Shown here: one piece after another, positions 1 through 7,978 of the stretch
How positions within the stretch are numbered: the first letter of the stretch is position 1
How the letters are laid out: every line of letters begins with the position of its first letter
Virus record (IMG/VR): IMGVR_UViG_3300025816_000041
Coordinates: 1-35,430 of that record
Reading direction: 5' to 3' (one strand)
Length of the DNA stretch: 35,430 nucleotides
DNA from: a virus
Lineage: Duplodnaviria > Caudoviricetes
The notes under the pieces: model-generated
The model's database searches: none
Seen by the model: the letters and a program-made list of their open reading frames with translations, nothing else
What the model was told of the DNA's origin: nothing
Made by a program: the position numbers and the translations under genes

Positions 1-90
1 GCTCAACAGCAGAATGCAGAGATCGGACGCTTGGGTGCGGCTCCCGCAGCAATGGGCTCCGTTGACACTCAAAACCTAGGAGAATCCTAA
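1..90 (+). CDS. C-terminal fragment of probable portal protein (partial)
   Basis: Frame 1 is open from the window edge (AQQQNAEIGRLGAAPAAMGSVDTQNLGES*). Its TAA overlaps the next ATG (TAATG). Portal identity is inferred only from position between terL (window end) and scaffold/capsid. Confidence 0.5.
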   Translation, partial: AQQQNAEIGRLGAAPAAMGSVDTQNLGES

Positions 91-311
91 TGGCTATTAA
101 GCAAACAGACAGTCTCAGTGAAGCAGTATTGTTTCTATCTAAGTACGAGCAGTACCAGTACATCATTGATTTTATCAAGGAGTGCAGGGAAACTAAATTC
201 CATCTTTTAGAAAAAAGTTTGGATGCCAGTGAGCGTGCTGATGCCAAGATAATTGGTGGAATGATAGAGGATGACTACTTGCTGAAAATTTTATCCCCAG
301 AAAAAAATTAA
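90..311 (+). CDS. Small hypothetical protein following the portal
   Basis: 73-aa ORF coupled to the upstream ORF by a TAATG overlap; head-module position. Confidence 0.7.
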   Translation: MAIKQTDSLSEAVLFLSKYEQYQYIIDFIKECRETKFHLLEKSLDASERADAKIIGGMIEDDYLLKILSPEKN

Positions 312-329
312 CTAACACAACCAAAACTA

Positions 330-1031
330 ATGAAGAAAAAAATTATTTCCGCAGGAATTAAAGCAGCCACCAAAGCATACAAAAAAGCAGCAGCCAAAAA
401 TGTAGTGAAGCCCGTTCGCACCACAAAGGCTAAAGCAAAGGCCGCAAAGCCCGTTCGCACCACAAATGCTAAACCAAGGGTAGCTAAAGTAAAATTAACA
501 AAGACCCAGCTAAAGCAAATGCAGGATCTTCATAAATCGGTAAAAGCGGGGGTAGCTAAACGCACCGCAAAAGCCAAAGCCAAAGCCAAAGCCACCAATG
601 TACTAAAGCCAAAGGCAAATGCATTTAAGGGCGTTCAGTCCGCTGGTGCAGTAAAAAATGCTCCAGTCCGAGCAGCACGAGCCGCACGTGGCAATAAGAT
701 ACTTGCGGGAACCGCAGGGGCTCTTGGGGCAGCAGTGGTATATAATAAGAATAAATCCTCTTCCAGAGCAGCCGCTAGTCCAGCGGCAGTTGCCCCGAAG
801 AAAAAACCCACAAATGTAGTGATGCCCCGAAAGGCAGCACCCAAGAAAGCAGCACCCAAGAAGGCAGCACCCAAGAAGGCAGCACCCAAGGCAAAATCAA
901 AACCCCGTGCAGCTAGCTTTACTCCAACCGCAAAAAGAACACCCCTAAGTGTTTCCAAGGGAAAGAAAAAAGTCGGATACGTAAAATCCAATCGTTCGGG
1001 GCGTGGAGGTTTACGCACCCGTGGTCGCTAA
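330..1031 (+). CDS. Histone H1-like Lys/Ala/Pro-rich basic protein 1
   Basis: 233 aa, extremely K/A/R-rich and almost free of acidic residues; KAAPK tandem repeats; one Gly/Ala hydrophobic stretch (ILAGTAGALGAAVVY). Confidence 0.75.
   Translation: MKKKIISAGIKAATKAYKKAAAKNVVKPVRTTKAKAKAAKPVRTTNAKPRVAKVKLTKTQLKQMQDLHKSVKAGVAKRTAKAKAKAKATNVLKPKANAFKGVQSAGAVKNAPVRAARAARGNKILAGTAGALGAAVVYNKNKSSSRAAASPAAVAPKKKPTNVVMPRKAAPKKAAPKKAAPKKAAPKAKSKPRAASFTPTAKRTPLSVSKGKKKVGYVKSNRSGRGGLRTRGR
831..890 (+). repeat. 15-bp tandem repeat x4 (AAGGCAGCACCCAAG) encoding KAAPK
   Basis: Directly visible in the sequence. Confidence 0.9.
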
Positions 1032-1048
1032 TTTAGCAGAATAATACA

Positions 1049-1960
1049 ATGAAGAAAAAAGCAATAAGTGCAATCGTAAAGGGTGTTCAAAAAGTAGCTA
1101 AGGCATCCGCTAAGAAGAAGGCAGCAGCCGCCGTGAAGAAAGTGTCCTCTGGTGCAAAAACAACAGCCAAGACCAAGAATGTTCGATCCAAAATTGGTTT
1201 AGATAGAAAAGCAGTTTTAAGGGAGGGATTTGATCCAGCAAAATCAGCGGCAGCCAAGGCAAAGGGCGTAAAGGTTACACCAATTAAGAAAGCCCTAACA
1301 CCCGCTCAAAGAAAAGCCAATGATGCCGCAGCTAAGGCTGGTAAACGAGTATCGGCTAACCCCAAGGTAGCTAAGAAAGCAGCTAAAAAGGTAGCTAAGA
1401 AAGCAGCTAAAAAGGTAGCTAAGAAAGCACCAGTCAAAAAGGTGGCTAAAAAAGCACCAGTCAAAAAGGCAGCAGCTAAAAAAGCACCAACTAAAAGGGT
1501 AGCAGCCAAGAAAGTGCCCAAGAAGACAGCACCCAAGGGGCCAAAGCAGGGACCCAAGACAGCAGCGGAGTCCGTAAAGGGAAAGCCATTGCAGGGACCA
1601 TCTAACTACAAGGGTAGCTTTTTTAAGAACAAAGAAAGTGCACTCAATAAGTCCAAATCTAAGTTCATGAACTCCAAGGGCAGGGGCAAAGCCAAGTCTA
1701 AATCTGGGGAATCCGCACGCCAAGCTGGATATAGAGCTGGTCGGGCAAGTGTAGGTGGAAAAGCAGCCAAGAAGGTCAAGAAGGGTGCGGGCAAAGTTCT
1801 GAAGTCCCGCATAACGCAGGGTGTCGGTGCTGGATATGCAGGTGCAAAAATGGGTAGTAGGGGTAATGGGGGATCAAGTAATCCTCAATCAAGCAAATAC
1901 TTTACGGAAGCCGAACTACAAGCCGCAAAAGCTCGTGTAAGAGCAAATCGAAACCGTTAA
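1049..1960 (+). CDS. Histone H1-like Lys/Ala-rich basic protein 2
   Basis: 303 aa with KKAAKKVA/KKAPVKK repeats. Its N-terminus (MKKKAISAIVK) resembles that of the upstream protein (MKKKIISAGIK). Confidence 0.75.
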   Translation: MKKKAISAIVKGVQKVAKASAKKKAAAAVKKVSSGAKTTAKTKNVRSKIGLDRKAVLREGFDPAKSAAAKAKGVKVTPIKKALTPAQRKANDAAAKAGKRVSANPKVAKKAAKKVAKKAAKKVAKKAPVKKVAKKAPVKKAAAKKAPTKRVAAKKVPKKTAPKGPKQGPKTAAESVKGKPLQGPSNYKGSFFKNKESALNKSKSKFMNSKGRGKAKSKSGESARQAGYRAGRASVGGKAAKKVKKGAGKVLKSRITQGVGAGYAGAKMGSRGNGGSSNPQSSKYFTEAELQAAKARVRANRNR

Positions 1961-1970
1961 AATAGCCCCG

Positions 1971-1979
1971 TGCTATAAT
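1971..1979 (+). promoter_or_regulatory. Extended -10 promoter element (TGCTATAAT) upstream of scaffold/capsid genes
   Basis: Perfect TGnTATAAT in an intergenic gap; identical TGCTATAATA at 13911. Confidence 0.65.
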
Positions 1980-2008
1980 ACTTTCATCGCCGTACTGCGG
2001 GCGTAAAA

Positions 2009-3130
2009 ATGCAGATTAGTGTTATGGATCAAACCGAAAATGTGGGTAACGATACAGCCCCTACAGAAGAAGTATCGACAGTCGAACAAGCCAAACCGCA
2101 AACGCTGGACGAAATTCGTCAAGCAAGAGTGGAAAAGCTATCACCAACGCAGGAACAGCCAGAGGAATCTGAGCCAGTTGCAGAGGAAGAAGCTACAGAG
2201 GATGCATCCGAAGTAGAAGAAGCCGAAGAAACTGAATCAGAGGAAACTACTGAAGAAGCGGAGGGAGGCGAAGGCGTTCTTTCACAGATTGATTGGGATG
2301 AGTTGGATGATGACTCTCGTTCACAGATCGCTATACAGGCCATGGAAGTTTTGCCACCCGAAAAATTGGGTGAGCTAGCTAAGAAAATGGGCAGTGGTAG
2401 TGGTAAGCGAATTGGAGAATTAACCTCTCAAATCAAGGAACTCAAAAGCGAGTTAGAAAGTAAAAGTGCTGCACTATCAAGCAGCTTGGATACTGTCATC
2501 GCTCCAACAAATGCATTAGCAACGGTCACTACAGAAGACGAGCTAGAAAGCATTGAGAAGGAGACGAAAAACAATATCCGTTTTTACCAGAACTGGTTAG
2601 CTGGAGACGATGATACATTTGAACACAAGGGCAGTGAATACACTCGCTCGGACATTGTTCAGTATATTAGTAGTCTACAGGATAGATACGATGATCTGCC
2701 AAAGCAGCGTAAGTATTTAAAACGACTAGAAAAAGCTAACAAAGACGCAGAGGAGTTAAACTCCAAAGCCAAAGATGAGTTTACTTGGTTAGAGGATGAT
2801 GAATCAGAAACCAATTTAGAATACAGGAAGATGGTTTCCTCGGAGGACATGGCTATTGTTGCCAAGGTTGCCCCAGCGTTGGCTGCTAAACTGAAATATC
2901 AGTTGGCTCACGCTGCGACAAACATGGTAAAGCCCACTGTAAACCGCAAGAAGAAGATAATCATTCCTCGTAAACTACCAAAGAATGCACTGAGTGGCAA
3001 TACAGCCAGTAACTCACGGCAGACAGTGGAGTCCAATCAAATGAAAAAGCTAAAGGAAGCGGCTGGAAAAGGAAATTTAATGGCAGCACGCCAGATCCGA
3101 CAACTACAAATTAACTCTCGTTACAAATAA
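2009..3130 (+). CDS. Capsid scaffolding protein (putative)
   Basis: Very acidic N-terminus, coiled-coil middle and basic C-terminus, immediately upstream of the major capsid gene. Start may be 2024. Confidence 0.7.
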   Translation: MQISVMDQTENVGNDTAPTEEVSTVEQAKPQTLDEIRQARVEKLSPTQEQPEESEPVAEEEATEDASEVEEAEETESEETTEEAEGGEGVLSQIDWDELDDDSRSQIAIQAMEVLPPEKLGELAKKMGSGSGKRIGELTSQIKELKSELESKSAALSSSLDTVIAPTNALATVTTEDELESIEKETKNNIRFYQNWLAGDDDTFEHKGSEYTRSDIVQYISSLQDRYDDLPKQRKYLKRLEKANKDAEELNSKAKDEFTWLEDDESETNLEYRKMVSSEDMAIVAKVAPALAAKLKYQLAHAATNMVKPTVNRKKKIIIPRKLPKNALSGNTASNSRQTVESNQMKKLKEAAGKGNLMAARQIRQLQINSRYK

Positions 3131-3161
3131 ACAAAAACAACTCAAATAATTATCTAATATC

Positions 3162-4208
3162 ATGACAGATTTTGATGCTTCATTCCGTTCTACACCACCA
3201 ACTGGTTCTGGTGTAGGCAACCGCGAACAATTGTTGGACCTAACAACTGTTCTTTCTCCTCGCCAAGCTCCCGTTTACGGACTGCTCCCAAAACAAGCTG
3301 CTACCGCAGACCTCGTTGAGTGGACTGTAGATGACCTTCGGGATCCTGCTGCTGGCAACGCCGTTATTGAAGGTGCTGATGTTGGTACAACTGGGGGCGA
3401 CGAGTTCGTTGGTCAGTTTGACAACCTCAGTCGCTTGAACAATCGTCTTCAGCACTTCCGTGATACATTCCGTGTTTCTAAGAAACAGGAAATCATGGAT
3501 TCCGTTACTCCAGTTCGTATCCAAGAAGCCGAAGAAAAAGCTACTTCTCAAGTCCTACGTGACATTGAAGCATCTATTTGCTCGGACAACGGTGCTGTTA
3601 CTGGTTCTGGAACTGCTGCTGGTAAACTTCGTGGCCTCGGTGTCTGGCTTGACCCAACTCTCGAAGCGGGTGCTGGAACACAATCCACTGATGATGTAAC
3701 TGAAGTTCCAGATGCATTCAAGACACAAGCTGGTGCAGTTCTAGCCGACAATGCATTGGAGCTAACTGAAGCCCGTTTCAACGGAATGCTTACAAGCATC
3801 TTTGAAGAAACTGGTGAGCAGCAAGACATGATCCTTGTAGCTGGTACACAAGTACGTAACTCCATCATTGATGGCTTTACTCGTGTTCAAGCTGGCACAG
3901 GTAACGGTGGTGGTAACACTACTGTCTTCAATCAGGGTGATGGCACAGATGTCAGCTACAATGTTGAAATCTTCCAAGGCCCCTATGGTGTCGTGAAGAT
4001 CATCTCTGCGAATCCCAAGTGCTTGCCAGATCAGAAGCGTGCTTACCTCCTCGATCCTTCGCTCCTTGGTTGGGCAGAAGGACTGAGCATGGGTTCCACA
4101 ATGCTCGAAGATCAAGGTGGCGGTCCTCGTGGTTACATCGACGCAATGGGTACTCTTTGCGTTAAGGGCTGCAACGGCCTCGGTAAGATCACTGACTTCG
4201 CAGTCTAG
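3162..4208 (+). CDS. Major capsid protein (SU10-MCP/DUF5309-like)
   Basis: NREQLLD..SP..P...EW..D.L N-terminal motif; N..Q.F...F.VS, RDIE and R.L.G motifs; 348 aa; followed by a strong terminator. Confidence 0.85.
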   Translation: MTDFDASFRSTPPTGSGVGNREQLLDLTTVLSPRQAPVYGLLPKQAATADLVEWTVDDLRDPAAGNAVIEGADVGTTGGDEFVGQFDNLSRLNNRLQHFRDTFRVSKKQEIMDSVTPVRIQEAEEKATSQVLRDIEASICSDNGAVTGSGTAAGKLRGLGVWLDPTLEAGAGTQSTDDVTEVPDAFKTQAGAVLADNALELTEARFNGMLTSIFEETGEQQDMILVAGTQVRNSIIDGFTRVQAGTGNGGGNTTVFNQGDGTDVSYNVEIFQGPYGVVKIISANPKCLPDQKRAYLLDPSLLGWAEGLSMGSTMLEDQGGGPRGYIDAMGTLCVKGCNGLGKITDFAV

Positions 4209-4223
4209 TTCTATTGACAATTC

Positions 4224-4264
4224 TGGGGAAGGGAGGTAACATCCCTCTCTTCCCCATTTTTTTT
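4224..4264 (+). terminator. Intrinsic terminator after the capsid gene
   Basis: Hairpin TGGGGAAGGGAGG...CCCTCTCTTCCCCA followed by T8. Confidence 0.85.
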
Positions 4265-4267
4265 ATT

Positions 4268-4573
4268 ATGTCAAACTTACCATCAGAAGAAGAACTATTT
4301 GCTGATCAATTTCGTATGCTCGAAAAGCAAGCGAAGGCCATCTTTAATCCAAAGATGCAGGAAAAGCGAATGCAGGGGGCTAGGAAATCAGCTTCTCAAT
4401 TCAAGGGCAAAGAGCATCCGATCTTCGGTAAGCACATCGGTAGTGTTCCAATGAACGAATACTACGCATTGAACAAAAAGTACGGAGTGGGGTTCTCAAA
4501 TGATGATGACTTCCTGAAGTATTTAAACAATAAGGTTCTCCTGCCAAATGGCATGGCGGCCAATAAATTTTAA
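4268..4573 (+). CDS. Hypothetical head-module protein (~101 aa)
   Basis: ATG at 4268 preferred because the TTG start at 4214 would run through the terminator; TAATG coupling to the next gene. Confidence 0.7.
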   Translation: MSNLPSEEELFADQFRMLEKQAKAIFNPKMQEKRMQGARKSASQFKGKEHPIFGKHIGSVPMNEYYALNKKYGVGFSNDDDFLKYLNNKVLLPNGMAANKF

Positions 4574-5274
4574 TGGCACTTACAAACGATACATACCTTA
4601 ACCTAAAGGATCTGACATTCGCACTAATTGGTCGTGAATACGCAGAGGGAACGGCTTCCCTAAATCGTTTGAAGTCCCTATGGAACTACGCAGCTAAGAA
4701 AGCGTACAACCAAACAAATTACTGGGAACGCTTTTTAGTTTTCGGTGAAGCACGATTAATTGCAAACGGCAATCAAGTGCCACAGAGTGAAGTAAACAAG
4801 GATGACATTGGTACGTATCTACGTATCTACAAGGATGACCCAGATGTATCCCGCGGAACAGAGTACGACTTTATGGTCAACTCAAACGGAGCTACGATAA
4901 CTGGTGCTGGTGGTATTCCTCAAAGTGGACTATACTTGGATCCCCTAGATAATGGTCTGTATCTACAGCCAAACAATTCCGAGGATCCAGTAGAAGTTTT
5001 TGTTTCCTACAAGAAGGCATACAACCCCAACTACGGGTTTTCTGGTCAAGACGAAGAGGTTCCAGCCGAGCTACTTCCGTATATGGCTCACCTAGCTGCC
5101 TACACTTGGCAACGCAGTGTTGATCAGAACTCAGACGAGGCTAACTTCAGCCTGTCGCTGGCACTTGTTAATTCAATTCTAGAGGACGAGCTAGCTAAGA
5201 TATCAGATCAGAATATAGCTAACTCTTATCTAGTTAAGAAAATCCGAACAAATTACAACCAACTAATCATATAA
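4573..5274 (+). CDS. Putative head-tail adaptor / tail tubular protein
   Basis: 233 aa, post-capsid position, helical N- and C-termini (TY..LK.., VP.EL..Y) typical of podovirus adaptors. Confidence 0.5.
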   Translation: MALTNDTYLNLKDLTFALIGREYAEGTASLNRLKSLWNYAAKKAYNQTNYWERFLVFGEARLIANGNQVPQSEVNKDDIGTYLRIYKDDPDVSRGTEYDFMVNSNGATITGAGGIPQSGLYLDPLDNGLYLQPNNSEDPVEVFVSYKKAYNPNYGFSGQDEEVPAELLPYMAHLAAYTWQRSVDQNSDEANFSLSLALVNSILEDELAKISDQNIANSYLVKKIRTNYNQLII

Positions 5275-5278
5275 CATC

Positions 5279-5530
5279 ATGTCAACACCCGCATACACAG
5301 AACAAAGCCTAGGCAAACGAGGCAGCGAAGTAATCACAGGAGCAGCTCCCGTAGGTAACTGGGCTATTATCGTAGCTGGACCCCAAGGAGCTACAGTTAG
5401 TGCAATTACTTGCTCAAACAAAGTCAACGCAGTTGCACTGCAAACTACACTGCCCGCTGGCTACACTAGCTACGGCAACTTCACGGCTATCACAGTCACT
5501 GCTGGATCCATCGAAGCATACAACGCTTAA
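5279..5530 (+). CDS. Small beta-rich virion protein
   Basis: 83 aa with a C-terminal G.FTAIT...GS..AY motif common in small phage structural proteins. Confidence 0.65.
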   Translation: MSTPAYTEQSLGKRGSEVITGAAPVGNWAIIVAGPQGATVSAITCSNKVNAVALQTTLPAGYTSYGNFTAITVTAGSIEAYNA

Positions 5531-5534
5531 TCCA

Positions 5535-5618
5535 GTGCAAGCTACACTATCAATTGGTTTGGATACTAGCAACACTACGGTTGTTGTGTCCCAGAATGTA
5601 ACCCCACCAGCACCCTAA
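5535..5618 (+). CDS. Possible 27-aa peptide in frame with the downstream fibre gene
   Basis: GTG-start ORF MQATLSIGLDTSNTTVVVSQNVTPPAP fills the intergenic gap and ends TAA GTA ATG(5622). Confidence 0.35.
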   Translation: MQATLSIGLDTSNTTVVVSQNVTPPAP

Positions 5619-5621
5619 GTA

Positions 5622-7148
5622 ATGCCAACTAATACTCAAGTTTCCTCTGATATAGATACACTTCTTCGACTACCGTCAAAGGTAGCTGTTCAAGATTACT
5701 TGGGTGTTGATGACAATGCTACTGGAGTTGCCGCTAACGCAGCCGCAATCCTACTAAAGGCTCCCATCGATGATGCTACATTTACTGGGACAACTACAAT
5801 TCCCTCTGCTGACATTACAACTGCGGATTTCAATTCTGCTGGTAATACTGGTGGAGAGCTCAGTTGGAACAATCAAGAAAAGACACTGGACCTTGTTACT
5901 GGAGCGAACACAACTATTCAGGTTGGTCAAGAGCTGGTACTGTATGCTGTAAACAAATCTGGTGCAACAATACCCAACGGAAGTGTTGTCTCAATAGGCG
6001 GTTCTCAAGGAAACAAGCCAACCATTGTTTTATCCCAAGCGGATACTGTAGTAAATGCACGTAAAACAATTGGTATTACAACTGAATCCATTTCTAACAA
6101 TTCTAGTGGTTTTGTCACACTAAACGGAAAAGTTAGAGACTTAGTTCTGGACGACGGCACATACACTGAGGGCGAAGTAGTTTACTTGAGCAGCACTCTT
6201 GCTGGGGGTATTACAAACGTTCAGCCAGACATAAGTGTTGAGCTTGGTCACGTTTTAGCAGTTAGCAATGGGGGCAACACAAGCGGAGTGCTTGAGGTTC
6301 AGGTTAATAATGAATCAGCGGTGCATGAGCTTGAGCAGGAACTAAGTGAACAAATAACAGAAAATTATAATGAAATTGAGTTGAACAGGAACTCAATAAC
6401 TTCTTTAAATGACAAAGTTGATGAATTATATCCAGTTTATCCATACACAACTTCAATTGCTGGTGGAATAGGTTCAATTAAAAACCTTCGGGACGCTGAT
6501 TTGAACTCTGGTTATCGTTTAGATACTGCAATAACAAGTGTTACTTTAGGGTCTAATTGCAAATCACTAGGATCGCAGACTTTTCAAGGATGTGATTCTT
6601 TGGTGGAATTTTATTATCATAACTCAACCGCTGGAACAATCGGTGATATGTGTTTTGAAAATTGCATTAAATATGGTCAAGGCATTAACGCTGGTGGCAA
6701 TGGTTTTACATTGGGCAGAAACATTACTGCAATTGGAAATTCATCTTACCGAGGTTGCACATCACTAAAGACAGTTCGTTTATCAGATTACGACCTTGCC
6801 GCAGTTGGTCGCTTTACTTTTGAAGGATGCACTGCATTAGAAGAGTTTACATTTCCACAGCAAACTGGTGGTTCTCAAAACATTTTTACAGTAGTTTCTG
6901 AATCTGTTTTAAGAAACTGCACAGCATTAACGCAAATTGAAATACCAAGTACCGTTACTGAAATCCAAGCTGCTGTATTCCGTGATTGCACAGCATTGTC
7001 CTCAATTAGATGCTATGCAACGGAAGCACCAACTTTAGTCGGAGTAAATCAATTTTTGAATGTTAATACTACAACCATTAACGTTCCAGTAAATTCAACA
7101 GGCTATGGCACTACATACGCTGGTTTAACGGTCAATTATATCTTATAA
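5622..7148 (+). CDS. Fibre/virion appendage protein with C-terminal BspA-type (LRR_5) leucine-rich repeats
   Basis: Repeats such as SLGSQTFQGCDSL, AIGNSSYRGCTSL and IPSTVTEIQAAVFRDCTALSSI; N-terminal KAPIDDATFTGT fibre motif; central coiled coil. Confidence 0.75.
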   Translation: MPTNTQVSSDIDTLLRLPSKVAVQDYLGVDDNATGVAANAAAILLKAPIDDATFTGTTTIPSADITTADFNSAGNTGGELSWNNQEKTLDLVTGANTTIQVGQELVLYAVNKSGATIPNGSVVSIGGSQGNKPTIVLSQADTVVNARKTIGITTESISNNSSGFVTLNGKVRDLVLDDGTYTEGEVVYLSSTLAGGITNVQPDISVELGHVLAVSNGGNTSGVLEVQVNNESAVHELEQELSEQITENYNEIELNRNSITSLNDKVDELYPVYPYTTSIAGGIGSIKNLRDADLNSGYRLDTAITSVTLGSNCKSLGSQTFQGCDSLVEFYYHNSTAGTIGDMCFENCIKYGQGINAGGNGFTLGRNITAIGNSSYRGCTSLKTVRLSDYDLAAVGRFTFEGCTALEEFTFPQQTGGSQNIFTVVSESVLRNCTALTQIEIPSTVTEIQAAVFRDCTALSSIRCYATEAPTLVGVNQFLNVNTTTINVPVNSTGYGTTYAGLTVNYIL

Positions 7149-7327
7149 TGAACGATCAAATTCTAGAGAATATTATTTTTAAATCACTCATTGGAATGAG
7201 TGGCTTTATAGCTACATTTGAATTGAACCATATAAACGAAATTCTAGGGGCATTGGTGGGATTAGCTACCTTAATATACATGACTGCATCCGCAGTAAAA
7301 GTAATCAGGGAACTCAGAGACAAATAA
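7148..7327 (+). CDS. Small membrane protein, holin-like (59 aa; not in ORF track)
   Basis: MNDQILENIIFKSLIGMSGFIATFELNHINEILGALVGLATLIYMTASAVKVIRELRDK; TAATG overlap with the upstream stop; hydrophobic segments and a charged C-terminal tail. Confidence 0.6.
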   Translation: MNDQILENIIFKSLIGMSGFIATFELNHINEILGALVGLATLIYMTASAVKVIRELRDK

Positions 7328-7330
7328 CAT

Positions 7331-7726
7331 ATGACACCAGAATTATTAGCAATGCTAGGCGGGGGAGTAAGTGGCTTCGTCATGAAGATGATCGCGGCAC
7401 AGGCTGATAATCAAGCACGTCTTTTTGAGCGTATGATCGCTCGTCAGACAGTAGCGGATAAATCAGCGGATAAGGCAGCAGCACGGGGTGGTGTATATAT
7501 GCGTCGTGCAATTACGGCGGCAGTTATCTTTGCTATTGTAATAGCCCCATTTGTCTTCGCATTCACGGACATAGGTGTTAGTATTCAATCGGAATCCAAA
7601 GGCTTTCTAGGGCTATTCAAGCGTCTAGAATGGTCCACTGTACAGGGTTTTGTTATACTACCAGAGATCCGCCAAACAGCATTGGCAATTGTTGGATTTT
7701 ATTTCGGTTCATCACAGGTTAAATAA
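7331..7726 (+). CDS. Membrane protein, putative holin
   Basis: Three hydrophobic segments and a C-terminal IVGFYFGS motif typical of 3-TM phage holin-like proteins. Confidence 0.6.
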   Translation: MTPELLAMLGGGVSGFVMKMIAAQADNQARLFERMIARQTVADKSADKAAARGGVYMRRAITAAVIFAIVIAPFVFAFTDIGVSIQSESKGFLGLFKRLEWSTVQGFVILPEIRQTALAIVGFYFGSSQVK

Positions 7727-7965
7727 TGAGGAAGGTTCACAAGAGCACTAAAGGTGGTCTTACTGCCGCAGGTAGAGCCCACTTCAAGAGAAAGACTGGA
7801 GCTAATTTAAAAGCCCCAGTTACTGAGTCCAACCCAACTGGTAAAAAGAAAGCCAGAAAGAAATCATTCTGTGCTAGAATGTCTGGTGTAAAGGGGCCAA
7901 TGAAGGATTCCAAGGGTAAGCCCACACGCAAGGCACTGGCACTACGCAGGTGGAAATGTCAATAA
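7726..7965 (+). CDS. Conserved basic phage protein (DUF6321-like)
   Basis: GGLTAAGR..LKAPV..RKKSFCARM..LRRWKC motif set. Confidence 0.7.
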   Translation: MRKVHKSTKGGLTAAGRAHFKRKTGANLKAPVTESNPTGKKKARKKSFCARMSGVKGPMKDSKGKPTRKALALRRWKCQ

Positions 7966-7978
7966 AAATTAAATAAAT

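Noticed and set aside
635-1812. Hydrophobic minus-strand ORFs (635-1018, 1295-1723, 1306-1557, 1606-1812)
   Set aside because: Antisense shadows of the repetitive Lys/Ala codons of the H1-like genes.
4214-4267. TTG-start N-terminal extension of the post-capsid gene
   Set aside because: It would run through the terminator hairpin; the ATG at 4268 is more plausible.
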